Below, piece after piece: positions 11,783 through 23,668 of a stretch of 64,000 nucleotides of DNA (positions are counted from its first letter, which is position 1; every line of letters starts with the position of its first letter). The stretch lies in contig OX597827.1 of NCBI GenBank assembly GCA_951406725.2, positions 43,028,001 through 43,092,000 of the forward strand, read 5' to 3'. The DNA is from Octopus vulgaris (Eukaryota). A model generated the notes under the pieces. That model saw nothing but the letters and a program-made list of their open reading frames with translations, had not been told where the DNA came from and made no database searches. The translations under genes were made by a program, and so were the position numbers.

Positions 11783-12081
11783 TAGGGAACACGATGTCAA
11801 ATGACGTAAAATTATAGATGCATATAATTAATGTTCAGCTCGAATTCGTGCCTAAACTCCGACTTTAAAAGCAACTTTAAATGCAAGGTTGTGATAGCTG
11901 CCTAAATGAAAATTGCCTATCGGCAATGCATCGATCAGGATGGTACATGTATTACAGAATAAAAGGGATAGACATGCAAACAGCAGGTATTGGATAAATT
12001 ACGACAAATTTGTATTTGTAACAACATATAGAGAAGAGCACATGCATAAAGAAGCGTAAATCACAGGATATTTAGAATAGA

Positions 12082-12465
12082 CTAGCAGTATCGCCCGGCG
12101 TTGCTCGGGTTTGTAAGGGAAATAACTATAAAGCATTTTTAGAGAGTTATAGCCAAAAAATAGCAAAAAAATGGAAAAAAAATGATGGTAAATTTTTTTG
12201 AGAGTTAAAAAGGTCGAGTTGCGTCCCCTAGACAATCTGTGGTTTGTGTTTCTGATTCTCGACCCCATATCGAATTTATCGATTTTTTTTCAGAACTGGG
12301 GGAACTTTTCAAAATTTTCGCTGCGTTAGTTTTGAATTATGACATTGGGCTATGTGTGTGTCAAGTTTCATCAGAATCGGTTGAAAGCCGTGGTCAGGGT
12401 GAGGGTACAACCTAACAGACACACAGACACGCAGACAGACAAACTGCCGTTTATATAGAGAGAGA
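12082..12465 (-). mobile_element. Non-autonomous Helitron
   Basis: Minus strand starts TC(TCTCTCTATATAAAC) followed by GTCT-like repeats. It ends in an imperfect hairpin CCCGAGCAACGCCGGG then CTAG, and sits between host A and T with no TSD. Confidence 0.8.
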
Positions 12466-13364
12466 TTCCACTATGGGATGTTCATAATAGTTGTGATGTA
12501 AGCTGGTAGACTCCAGGAGAAGCCATAAATTTCGTCCGTAGTACTGAGATGGCGGTTTTCAAAAGAAGGATATCACAGGTAAAATCCATGTAACTGAAAG
12601 AGAAAAAAGAAAAAAAAGTTTACAGATTCAGCCTTACAGCTGTTTCAGAAATCGTTGTGTAACTGGTACAGTTTTCTGTCAGCTGCCTCCATCCAACATT
12701 TTAGTGCTGTCATTTATACTTCTTTATGCATTTGTTTTTCTCTGTATGTTGTATGATTTGACCCGATACCTGCTGTTTTCCAGTCTACCTTTTTATTCTA
12801 TTATACATACATACATACATACATACATACATACATACATACATACATACATACATACATACATACGCACATACATACATACATACATACATACATACAT
12901 ACATACATACATACATACATACATACATACATACACACACGATGTCCACTCGTGACCGAGGAGACTATGGAAAATGCCTGCAATACCCATGCTTGTGCTT
13001 ATTGCGCCAGCAGCCTTCATCCGTGTTCGCAACCGCAGTTTCCATACTCACCGTGGTGCCCTCTTAGTTGGCCGGGCATCGGATATTCATCAGTGTTTGT
13101 ACAACCTACAATTTTAGGTTCAACAAAGCTTGAGCAGAACCTCACAGACCCTTTCCGCCCTAGTGACATGATCCAGCGACAATCCAGAGCAAAATATTTT
13201 GCGTCGAAATGGGTCGCAGGCTCAGGAAAGTAGGAGTGCCATAATCTCTGCGCAGAGAGACGATCCCCAAAATGTTCAGAGCTATTCCATTTTCTGCATA
13301 TTTTCTGGTTTTATATCCGCGTGATCTGGGATATGTGTGTTATGTTACAGCGATAGTCTACTCA

Positions 13365-13683
13365 AGTGAAGGCGCATGGCTCAGTGGTTAGAACGTCGAG
13401 CTTACGATCATGAGGTTGTGAGTTCGAATCCCGGACCGGGCTATGTGTTGTGTTCTTGAGCAAGACACTTTATTTCACGTTACTCCAGTTCACTCAGCTG
13501 TAGAAATGAATTGCGACACCACTGGTGCTAAGCTGTATCGACCATTGTCTTTCCCTTGGATAATATTGGTGGCGTGGAGAGGGGAGGCCGGTATGCATGG
13601 GTGACTGCTGGTTTTCCATAAACAACCTTGCCCGGGCTTGTGCCTGGGAGGGTAACTTTCTAGGTGCAATCCCATGGTCAGTC
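13365..13683 (+). mobile_element. tRNA-derived SINE (family C; tRNA-Arg-like head, CORE-like centre)
   Basis: A box TGGCTCAGTGG, B box GTTCGAATCC, central CTTGAGCAAGACACTT. 10-bp TSD AGTCTACTCA (13355-13364 / 13684-13693). Diverged relative at ~59826-60110. Confidence 0.85.
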
Positions 13684-13791
13684 AGTCTACTCAGTGGGGA
13701 CGGATGTCGTTACTTCTGGCAATGTTTTCGAAAGACTGGAAGTCATATTCCTCTACTAGTTGACAGCCACTATCTCTCTCTTTCTCTCCCT

Positions 13792-14207
13792 CTCTTTTAC
13801 TTGTTTCAGTCATTTGACTGCGGCCATGCTGGAGCACTGCCTTTAGTCGAGCAAATCGACCCCAGGACTTATTCTTTGTAAGGCTAGTATTTATTCTATC
13901 GGTATCTTTTGCCGAACCGTTAAGTTACGGGAACGTAAACACACTATCATCGGTTGTCAAGTGATGTTGGGTGGGGGGGGGCAAACACAGACACACAAGA
14001 ACACACACACACATACACACTTACATATATATATGTATATATATGACCGGCTTCTTTCAGTTTCCGTCTACCAAATCCACTCACAAGTCTTTGGTTGGCC
14101 CGAGGCTATAGTAGAAGACACTTGCCTAAGGTGCCACGCAGTGGGAATGAACCCGGGACCAAGTGGTTGGTAAGCAAGCTACTTACCACACAGCCACTCC
14201 TGCGCCT
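13792..14207 (-). mobile_element. SINE family A (tRNA-like head, internal TA/TG microsatellite, GTAAAAGA-type tail)
   Basis: Most abundant repeat in the window: head GGAGTGGCTGTGTGG...GGTTCAGTCCC, CCTTGGGCAAGT core, conserved 3' body. Confidence 0.88.
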
Positions 14208-14465
14208 ATATGCATATGGAATAGTGTAAGCTGTTGTTGAGGTTAGCTTCAAGCCATCCCTGATTGAGCAGACTTATGATTGAAAGTATTCCGGCCGTGA
14301 TTATCCCCTCTTTATCTTTGATTTAGCGCATTCAGAACAACGTTCATGCAATCTGTCCTCGACTCCCGACTGTGAAATTTTCGAAAGACTATAAACAAAG
14401 TATCATTGATCTGTTTGTAACATTGAGTTCTTTTGTTATTACAACAATCACTGGATCAAAATTTG

Positions 14466-14916
14466 GGATCTTTTCGGTTTGAACGGCAGTTTTTTCTAGC
14501 AGTGTCATATGAAATTGTCACCCATAATTATGACCTTAGTATCGATCTATTGCATTTCAATCTGTTTTAGGGTTAGGGCTAGTTAGGGTTAGGGCTAGTT
14601 AGGGTTAGTTAGGATTAGGGGTGGGGGAAGGGTATCTTTTTTCTTCACAAGTGTAAATAAACCCAATCTGTTTCTTAAACGAGAGACATATTCATACGAC
14701 ACAGAATGTTTTTTACCTCAATGGACGTCAGTGATTGGTTGAAATTGCAGAAATTGAAGAAAAAAAACAACAAATATCTTACAAACTATAGAATTTTCTC
14801 AATAAAGCCAAGAGAAAAAGATGTTTTATAAACACATTCTACCAGTGTACTAAGTTTAAAATTTTTTAGTTACCTAGAAATTATGTTAAAAGCTGCCGTT
14901 CAAACCGAAAAGATCC
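14466..14916. mobile_element. MITE with 24-bp TIRs, 8-bp TSD and internal TTAGGG-like repeats
   Basis: TIR GGATCTTTTCGGTTTGAACGGCAG / CTGCCGTTCAAACCGAAAAGATCC. TSD AAAATTTG at 14458-14465 and 14917-14924. Confidence 0.88.
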
Positions 14917-15129
14917 AAAATTTGTTTCTCTCTTGCTCTCTCTCTCACTTTATCTATCTGTGTGTGTGTACACACACACACAAACATATATATATATATA
15001 TATATATATCACACACATCTGTTGCGTTACCAACCTTGTCTCCACTCTTTTGCCTTTAAAAACCCACTTTGCTCTTGTTATCGTAAACATCCGCCTTTCA
15101 CCATGTGCTACTCCTAACACCAGTCGTTT

Positions 15130-15309
15130 TTTTCTCTATCTCCGTTGCCCGCTCCGGGATCTTTCTTTCCTCTCTCTTCCTTCTTTATGTTTCCGACGAA
15201 GAGCTCCGCTCGAAACGTCATACCTCCCTGCTTCCATTTCCTGAGCGCCTATTAATAATAATACTGTAATTGTTCCATTGTTGTTGTTTTTTTGTTTCCC
15301 GTTTGGATT

Positions 15310-15316
<7 letters not shown>
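15130..15316 (+). mobile_element. Penelope-like terminal remnant with hammerhead-like motif (15189-15223); second copy ~53140-53320
   Basis: GTTT-CCGACGA-A-GAGC-TCC-GCTC-GAAA-CG-TC-A(T/A)AC; both copies run into (TA)n. Confidence 0.55.
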
Positions 15317-15354
<38 letters not shown>

Positions 15355-15355
<1 letters not shown>

Positions 15356-15512
15356 TTTATTTAAAGCAGCAGAAAATTCAACAAAATCTGTTACTCTGAG
15401 TTTCTCGTTGCCGTTCATCAGAGAGTTTTTGCTAGCAAAAACTGTCTGATGAACGGCAACGAGAAACTCAGAGTAACAGATTTTGTTGAATTTTCTGCTG
15501 CTTTAAATAAAG
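15355..15512. repeat. 158-bp near-perfect palindrome (one mismatch) centred on GCTAGC
   Basis: Arms 15355-15433 and 15434-15512 are reverse complements except 15423/15444. Confidence 0.97.
15442..15479 (+). ncRNA. Minimal type-I hammerhead ribozyme motif (Penelope-type); mirror copy on minus strand 15388-15425
   Basis: Stem I CTGT/ACAG; core CTGATGA; short stem II (A)CG-GCAA-CG(A); GAAA; stem III CTC-A-GAG; cleavage triplet GTA (after 15475). Confidence 0.7.
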
Positions 15513-15581
15513 CATATTACTCTACCACTGGTATTTGAGTACTCTTTTTTCCACCTTGTTTCACATTTATGTGTTTACTCC

Positions 15582-15657
<76 letters not shown>

Positions 15658-16266
15658 CACGCGTATATGTGTATTACGCTCTCTTTTCAACTGCTCATAT
15701 ACACACATATATACATGCATGCATTCACATATAAAAGAGAGAAAAAGAGAATTGGGTATACAAACGGAGAAAAAGCTTTGAAAACAAACTTGTAATAAAA
15801 GAGTTTATTCGTTCGTCGAAGTTATAATTTACTGCGTTGCTGTTAACGTGTTTTTTGCCTACCTTCTCGCTTCTATGCGTTTCTTCTGACAGCATTCATT
15901 TCTCTATCTCTTCTCTCCCCACCTCTCTCTCTTTCTCTGTATGTGTGAGGTGTGTATAGATGTCTGTCTGTCTGTTTGTATGTATGTATGTACGTATGTA
16001 TGTATGCTCGTGAGTGTGTGTACGTTGTATCAGCTCACGCTTAGCGCTAGAGGTAACATGCAACCCTGGATAACTTACCACATGGTCGGGCCGTCGTCGA
16101 CCTTAAACGGGCAACCCTACCACATCTGCTTGATAAAGAATGGTGGTTTTCATAGGATAAACTCGTGGCACATAAAACAAAACCTATCAAAGGGTGAATG
16201 AACTCTACAGAACTTATAGTTGGGAGTGAGAGATCCACTGGTCTTTGTTTAGACGTCTCTCTAGAC

Positions 16267-16589
16267 CAGGGGTTCTCAACTATTTTTTTTTTTATATCTG
16301 GACCCCTTTGATTAGAATCTTATTCTGGTGGATCCCCGTAGCCATTCCATGTTTACCCACTTTTACTCTTACTCTTTTACTTGTTTCAGTCATTGACTGC
16401 GGCCATGCTGGAGCACCGCCTTTAATCGAGCAAATCAACCCCAGGATTTATTCTTTGTAAGCCTAGTACTTATTCTATCAGTCTCTTTTGCCGAACCGCT
16501 AAGTTACGGGGACGTAAACACACCAGCATCGGTTGTCAAGCGATGTTGGGGGGACAAACACTGACACACACACACACATACAAACATAC

Positions 16590-16651
<62 letters not shown>

Positions 16652-17066
16652 CGGGCTTCTTTCAGTTTCCATCTACCAAATCCACACACAAGGCTTTGGT
16701 CGGCGCGAGGCTATAGTAAAAGACACTTGCCCAAGGTGCCACGCAGTGGGGTTGAACCCGGAACCATGTGGTTGGTAAGCAAGCTACTTACCACACAGCC
16801 ACTCATGCGCCTATAGTTTATATAGTTTATAGTCCTTAGTTTATAGACTAATTTCACACAAACTTCTTTCAAAAGTCCTATTTTGTTTCTTACACATTGT
16901 GTTGGTTAAGACAATGCAAAATGTTATAGAAAGAAACTTCGCTGTTTCTTGCAAAACACACCAACATTTTTTCAGGGCCCCAATTTACTATTTTCTTACA
17001 TGGAGCCCCACCATATTTTATATGGACCCCCAGGGGGCCACATGGGACCTAAAATGAGGACCACTG
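16267..17066. mobile_element. hAT (Charlie-like) MITE with a nested SINE; related copy ~50970-51588
   Basis: Ends CAGGGGTTCTCA...TGAGGACCACTG. 8-bp TSD CTCTAGAC / CTCTAGAA matches the NTCTAGAN target preference. Confidence 0.75.
16360..16812 (-). mobile_element. SINE family A nested in hAT MITE
   Basis: Full head-to-tail match to other family A copies. Confidence 0.88.
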
Positions 17067-17267
17067 CTCTAGAAAAAAGGGAATTCCGAAATAGCAGCCT
17101 ACCTTCATTGCGAGCCAGAGATCTTGCTGCTACCTGTTTCTACTTGTCTTTGTTGGTAAGAGTCTTAGCGATGTTGTACAAACTGTTATTGACGTTAAAT
17201 TTTAGCGAGATTATTGCTGACAGCCATTGTGTTTAAAGTCTAGGATGAAATAGTTTTATCCTTCTAT

Positions 17268-17684
17268 CTTTTACTTGTTTCAGTCATTAGGCTTTGGCCA
17301 TGCTGGAGCACTGCCTTTAGTCGAGCAAATCGACCCCAGGACTTATTCTTTGTAAGGCTAGTACTTATTCTATTGGTCTCTTTTGCCGAATCGTTAAGTT
17401 ACGGGAACGTAAACACACTATCATCGGTTGTCAAGCGATGTTGGGGGTGGGGACAAACACAGACACACAAGCACACACACACACATACACACATACATAT
17501 ATATATATATATACATATATAGACCGGCTTCTTTCAGTTTCCGTCTGCCAAATCCACTCACAAGTCTTTGGTTGGCCCGAGGCTATAGTAGAAGACACTT
17601 GCCTAAGGTGCCACGCAGTGGGAATGAACCCGGGACCGAGCGGTTGGTAAGCAAGCAACTTACCACACAGCCATTCCTGCGCCT
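17268..17684 (-). mobile_element. SINE family A (part of local duplication with 13792-14381)
   Basis: Shares private variants and flank with the 13792 copy. Confidence 0.88.
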
Positions 17685-18183
17685 ATATGTATATAGAATA
17701 GTGTAAGCTGTTGTTGAGGTTAGCTTCAAGCCATCCCTGATTGAGCAGACTTATGATTGAAAGTATTCCGGCCGTGACTATCCCCTCTTTATCTTTGATT
17801 TAGCGCATTCAGAACAACATTCATGCAATCTGTCCTCGACTTCCGACTGTGAAATTTTGGGGAAACATAGTTGCTATTATATTGGGTTTGCAGAACCATT
17901 AGACCGCACGCGCACGCACACGCACACACATACACAAGTGCACATATATGCACGCGCACATAAGTATACACACACACGCATAAACACGCATACACATAAA
18001 CACATACACGCCCAAGTATGCATACATACATATACGTTTACAAACATACACCCAGTTAGAGCGTCAGATAGACTGCCTGTGCTTTATATATATATATACA
18101 TATACACATTCAATACATATATACACACTTACACGTATACATATTCAATATATATACACACTTACATTCCCCCCCCACCTCCG

Positions 18184-18460
18184 AGCTGGACGGGACGCCA
18201 GTCCATCACAGCATTACTCAAGAAACTGGAAGAGGGAGTGAGAGAAAGTTGTGGCGAAAGAGTACAACAGGGGTCGCCACCAACCCCTGCCGGAGCCTCG
18301 TGAAGGTTTTAGGTGTTTTCGCTCAATAAACACTCACAACTCCCTCTTCCAGTTTATTGAGTAACGCTGTGATGGACTGGTGTCCCGTCCAGCTGGAGGG
18401 AGCACATACACCACAGAAACCGGTAAACCGGGCCCATTAGCCTGGCTTGGCTTGAAAAGG
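18184..18460. mobile_element. Rearranged SINE family D: minus-strand piece fused to plus-strand 3' piece, giving a 55-bp inverted repeat
   Basis: 18184-18238 is the reverse complement of 18340-18394; both are homologous to 51142-51450. Confidence 0.7.
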
Positions 18461-18594
18461 GCAACGTTTATCGTTACATATGCACATACATACATGTATA
18501 TTTATATACTTCTTTTTGTGCACGTGCTCACGTTCGTTGTTTTTCTTTTTTTCGCTTTTTATGCGTTTATTTGAATTGTTTCATTATATGATTT

Positions 18595-18627
<33 letters not shown>

Positions 18628-18628
<1 letters not shown>

Positions 18629-18922
18629 TAGCAGTATCGCCCGGCGTTGCTCGGGTTTGTAAGGGAAATAACTATATAAGCATTTTTAGAGAGTTACTTC
18701 CCTTATATAATAGCAAAAAATGCATTGAAAATGGGAAAAAATGATGGTAAATTTTTTTTTAAATCGTAGACTCATCGTAGACGCACGCTAATACCCAGAA
18801 GGGCTCGATATGAATCACGACTATAAGATATCCGCTTTTGGTTAAACTGCACCGCAAAATGTGGGAGTAGTTAGGAATCTAAATCGTAGGAGACAGATAC
18901 ACAACTTCACTTTTATATATAA

Positions 18923-18925
<3 letters not shown>
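18628..18925 (-). mobile_element. Non-autonomous Helitron inserted in (TA)n
   Basis: Same 3' hairpin + CTAG terminus as 12082; 5' end TCTTTATATATAAAAG; A|T insertion site. Confidence 0.8.
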
Positions 18926-18979
<54 letters not shown>

Positions 18980-19333
18980 AACACACACACCAGAGTAAGC
19001 ACATAAATGTGAAGCAATGTGGAAAAAATAGCACTCGAATATTGGAGGTAGATTAATATGCTCTACTCGGAATTCGACTGAGGAAAGAAAACTCCGAATA
19101 ACTCGTCCTTGTTTTCTTTGTATCGTCTGTCGGGATGTTTTGCGTTCTTGTCCCATTTTGTATTATATATATATATTAAGCAATAATAAATCTCTGAGCG
19201 AGGTATAAACAGTAGCCGCACGATATCGTGAAGCATATTTGCCACTTAAATGTGGCTCACCCTTAAGGCTACTGTAGCTTGTAGCCCCAGGAGGACACCT
19301 CCTCCGGCTGGCTATTGACACACACATGCATAG

Positions 19334-19382
<49 letters not shown>

Positions 19383-19470
19383 TACACACATACTTGCACA
19401 CATACACAGACACACACTCATGTCTGTTACAATTTGTGGCAGAAATCTCAGCAATTCCGTAGAAGGAGGT

Positions 19471-19802
19471 TCTCAACTGGTACTTATTTTATAACCCCGC
19501 CCCTCGAAAGGATTTAAGGCAAAGTCGACCTCAGCCGTCTGCTACTACGTTCTGGGTTCAAATTCCGCCATGGTCGACTTTGCCTTTCATCCTTTCGGGG
19601 TCGATTAAATAAGTACCAGTTACGCACTGGGGTCGATATAATTGACTTAATCCGTTCGTCTGTCCTTGTTTATCCCCTCTGTGTTTAGCCCCTTGTGGGT
19701 AGTAAAGAAATAGGTATTCAAAACTCAGAACGTAAAGATGGACGAAATGCCGCTACGCCTTTTATGCCCGGTGCGGTAACGATTCTGCCAGCTCACCGCC
19801 TT
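19471..19802. mobile_element. SINE family B on minus strand, interrupted by a plus-strand family B unit (19536-19718)
   Basis: Minus-strand body 19471-19535 and head 19719-19802 flank an opposite-orientation 183-bp unit. Confidence 0.75.
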
Positions 19803-20603
19803 TTTTTTATACGCGCATTCTTATCAAAATAAGAGGAGAGGAAATTGCAAACAAAGGGATCGAGCACCGCGCCAAATTATGACAGGCAAGTGGCACGCGT
19901 ACGTGAGACAGCAACTGGTGTGTTTGGCAGGTCGTATTGAGGGCTTTACAAGATAACATGATAAGAGAATAAGAAAGAAAGGCAAAAAAGGAAAAAAAGA
20001 AGACGGGACTCGACAAAGTGTGTTTATGTGAATTAGGGTTGGTGGTGGTGGTGACGGTGGTGGTGGTGACGGTGGTGGTGGTGCTGTTCTTAAATTGGAA
20101 GGAAGTTGTTTAGGTAGCAAACAAAGAAAAACCATCCATCCATCCAGTCAGCAAGCCAGCCGGTTGGTTAGCCAGCCAGCTAGCTAGCCAGCCGACCGTC
20201 AACCTAATTCGTAGAGCGGAGGTGGTTAAGCAGCGATGAGTCGGAGGAGAGGAGGTGCTGCAGAAAAACCTACCAAGAGAAGTTGTAGAGTGGTTGGTTG
20301 GTTGGTTGGTTTATGGTTCATGGGAGAGGCGTGGATGTCAGGTGTGAGAGAGTTGGTGTCACATCAAGTTGGGGTTGCCAGGTATGAATAAATAAAACAA
20401 AGGAGAAAAAGGCGGGGTTGTAAAGGCTGGGGCTGGGTGTCGTAGAAGGTTCGATTCTAAACCACGTGGCACGGGTTCAGTACCATAGCATGCACACGAA
20501 CACAGCATAAAGCATGTATCTTGGCCGAGTGTCTTCTACTAGAGCTGTGGGCCGACCAAATACATGTGAGTGGATTTAGTAGATGGAAACTGAAAGAAGC
20601 CTG

Positions 20604-20649
<46 letters not shown>

Positions 20650-20681
20650 ATGTGTGTGTGTGTGTGTGTATGTACATATTT

Positions 20682-20995
20682 AGGCGCAAGAGTGGTTTTG
20701 TGGTAAGTAGCTTGCTCACCAAATCACGTGGTTCCGGGTTCAGTCCCACTGCGTGGCACCTTGGGCAAGTGTCTTATACTATAGCCTCGGGCCAACAAAA
20801 GCCTTGTTAGTGGATTTGGTAGACGGAAACTGAAAGAAGCCCATCGTATATATAAATATATATATATGTATGAGTGTGTGTGTATGTGTGCGTGTGCGTG
20901 CGTGTGTGTGTATGCGTGTTTGAACCCCGCCGTCGCTTGATAACCAATGTTGGTGTGTTCACGTCCCTGTAAGTTAGTAGTATGGCGAAAGAGAC
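20682..20995 (+). mobile_element. SINE family A, 3'-truncated, preceded by a degenerate partial copy (~20460-20670)
   Basis: Head and core match family A. Confidence 0.8.
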
Positions 20996-21412
20996 AGTAT
21001 TAATAAAATAGATGGAATAAAATATTCTATTTAGTATGATACATGTTTCGACCCGTTCTGGGTCTCTTCAGGTGCATAAATAAATAGAAAAATGAAAAGT
21101 CTCACTAGAGATTTTCTGATTCGGTTTTATGTACTACTTTTACGTACATGCGCCTATTCGAGAGCAGCGATACTAAAGAGGACTTCCAAAAGCAAAACAT
21201 ACTAAACTGCATACATACACACATATGTATACATACATACATGCATACATACATACATACATACATACATACATACATACATACAAAAATATCTTGTTGA
21301 TGTTGAAATTTCAACGAAGGAACCTTCGATCTAGGTTAGAAAATGGCTCATTCCCTATTGGCAAGAAATCTTGAGATAAAACTGAATAATAGCATACATA
21401 CATACATACATA

Positions 21413-21810
21413 CAGGAGTGGCTGTGTGGTAAGTAGCTTGCTTACGAATCACGTGGTTCCGGGTTCAGTCCCACTGCGTGGCACCTTCGGCAAGTGTCTT
21501 CTACTATAGCCTCGGGCCGACCAAAGGTTTATGAGTGGATTTGGTAAACGGAAACTCAAAGAATCCCGTTGTATGTATGTATGTGTGTGTGTATGTGTGT
21601 GTATTTGTGTGTTTGTGTTTGTCCCTTCAACATCGCTTGGCAACCGATACTGGTGTGTTTACGTCCCCGTAACTTAGCGGTTCGGCAAAAGAGACGGATA
21701 GGATAAGTACCAGGCTTGCAAAGAATAAGTCCTGGGGTCGATTTGCTTGACTAAAGACAGTGCTCCAGCATGGCCACAGTCACATGATTGAAATAAGTAA
21801 AAGAAAGAGA
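21413..21810 (+). mobile_element. SINE family A
   Basis: Full-length match. Confidence 0.88.
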
Positions 21811-22074
21811 GTGTATGTATTCGCATGCATATAGTTGCATGTCTAGACTTGCTTGTATATATTTAAATGATAAACTTCTGGAAAGTTGTACAGATTTTTA
21901 CTGTTTCAGTGATGGATAGTCTTCGAATCAGCTTTCTCCTTTTCAGTTTTGAGAAGCCTAATTTCTTAACATTGGTGTTTAGGCAGTGTGTTACATATCC
22001 TAGGGTCCTATGTATGTACGTATGTATGTATGTATGTATGTATGTATGTATGTATGTATGTATGTATGTATGTA

Positions 22075-22476
22075 TGGCAGAATCGTTAGCAAGCCGGGCG
22101 AAATGCTAAGCGGTATTTCGGCAACCGTTACGTTGTGAGTTCAAATTCCGCCGAGGTCGACTTTGCCTTTCATCCTTTCGGGGCCGATAAATTAAGTACC
22201 AGTTAAGCACTGGGGTCGATATAATCGACTTAATACCTATGTCTGTCCATGTTTGTCCCTTCTATGTTTAGCCCCTTGTGGGTAATAAAGAAATAGGTAT
22301 TTCGTCTGCCGTTACGTTCTGAGTTCAAATTCCGCCGAGGTCGACTTTGCCTTTCATCCTTTCGGGATCGATAAATTAAGTACCAGTTACTCACTGGGGT
22401 CGATATAATCGACTTAATACCTATGTCTGTCTTTGTTTGTCCCCTCTATGTTTAGCCCCTTGTGGGTAATAAAGAA

Positions 22477-22479
<3 letters not shown>
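22075..22479 (+). mobile_element. SINE family B dimer (184-bp unit)
   Basis: B-box-like GAGTTCAAATTCC, central GTCGACTTTGCCTTTCATCCTTTCGGGGTCGATAAATTAAGTACCAG. Units start at 22112 and 22296. Confidence 0.85.
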
Positions 22480-22507
<28 letters not shown>

Positions 22508-23339
22508 TGTATGTATGTATGTATGTATGTATGTATGTATGGATGGATGGATGGATGGATGGATGGATGGATGGATGTGTGTGTGTGTGTGTGTGTGTAT
22601 ATGCATGTATGCATATATGTGTTCGTGTGTTTGTGTGTGTATGTATATGTGTATATTTTTGTATTTGTCCATCATCATCATCATCATCACCGTAATCACC
22701 ACTACTTGACAGTCAGCAATATAAAATGATTCAGAAATAAAAGTGGTAGATCATGGCTGGAACGCATTTAGTCATACATCTAACCATACATTTCAGGCTG
22801 ATTTCAGGTTAAACAACAAAAACGTAAGAAGCCATCATAATATAGGTGTTTATACATACATCTTACCGTTCTATAATTATTTGAATTCTTCTTATAAACA
22901 CGCAGCTGCTTTCCAACAAATAACGAAAAATCTATAGCTGGAATTTAGATAACAAAAACGGTGAAGACTTATATGTTAAACTTTAGAAAAGTCTTCGAAA
23001 TATTTACAGTTCCACTTACAGACTGTATTCATAATATTGTATCCGCGATAGTAAATCTTTCCTTCTGAAAAATTCTATCTCATATATACACATGCATGCA
23101 TGTATACATAATTACATACATATATACATACATACATACATACATACATACATACATGCATGCATGTATGCATATATATATATATACACACACATACATC
23201 GTATATATATATATGTATATGTATATATATGTATACATACATACATACATACATACATACATTCATACATGCATGCATGTATGCATATATATATACACAC
23301 ACATACATCGTATATATATATATATGTATATGTATACAA

Positions 23340-23379
<40 letters not shown>

Positions 23380-23668
23380 ATATGTATGTTTGTATGTCTG
23401 TGTTTATGAATGTATGTATGTATATATATGTATATATGTCAATAATAATAATAAAGGGTAAAATTAATTAATTAATGAATAATTAATAATTCCACCAAGT
23501 AGTGATTCGGTATGTAAAAGACTATTATCGGTAAACTTAAACAATATTTATTATAATAAGGGTTAGGCAAAAGAATATATACACACACATATATATGTAT
23601 ATACATACATACATACATACATACATACATACATACATACATGCATTACATATATATGTACACACAGT

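Noticed and set aside
12940-13350. Complex-sequence island, possible exon or LINE remnant
   Set aside because: No recognisable motif in the frames I could read; left unannotated.
13371-13440. tRNA-like sequences here and at 51150-51220
   Set aside because: SINE heads with bodies, tails and TSDs; no proper acceptor stem.
14567-14632. Telomere or chromosome-fusion site
   Set aside because: Short, degenerate and enclosed in a TIR element.
19075-19110. CTGAGGA...GAAT hammerhead-like motif, and GAAACAGCTGTA half-motif on minus strand near 12640
   Set aside because: Core incomplete and stems do not pair.
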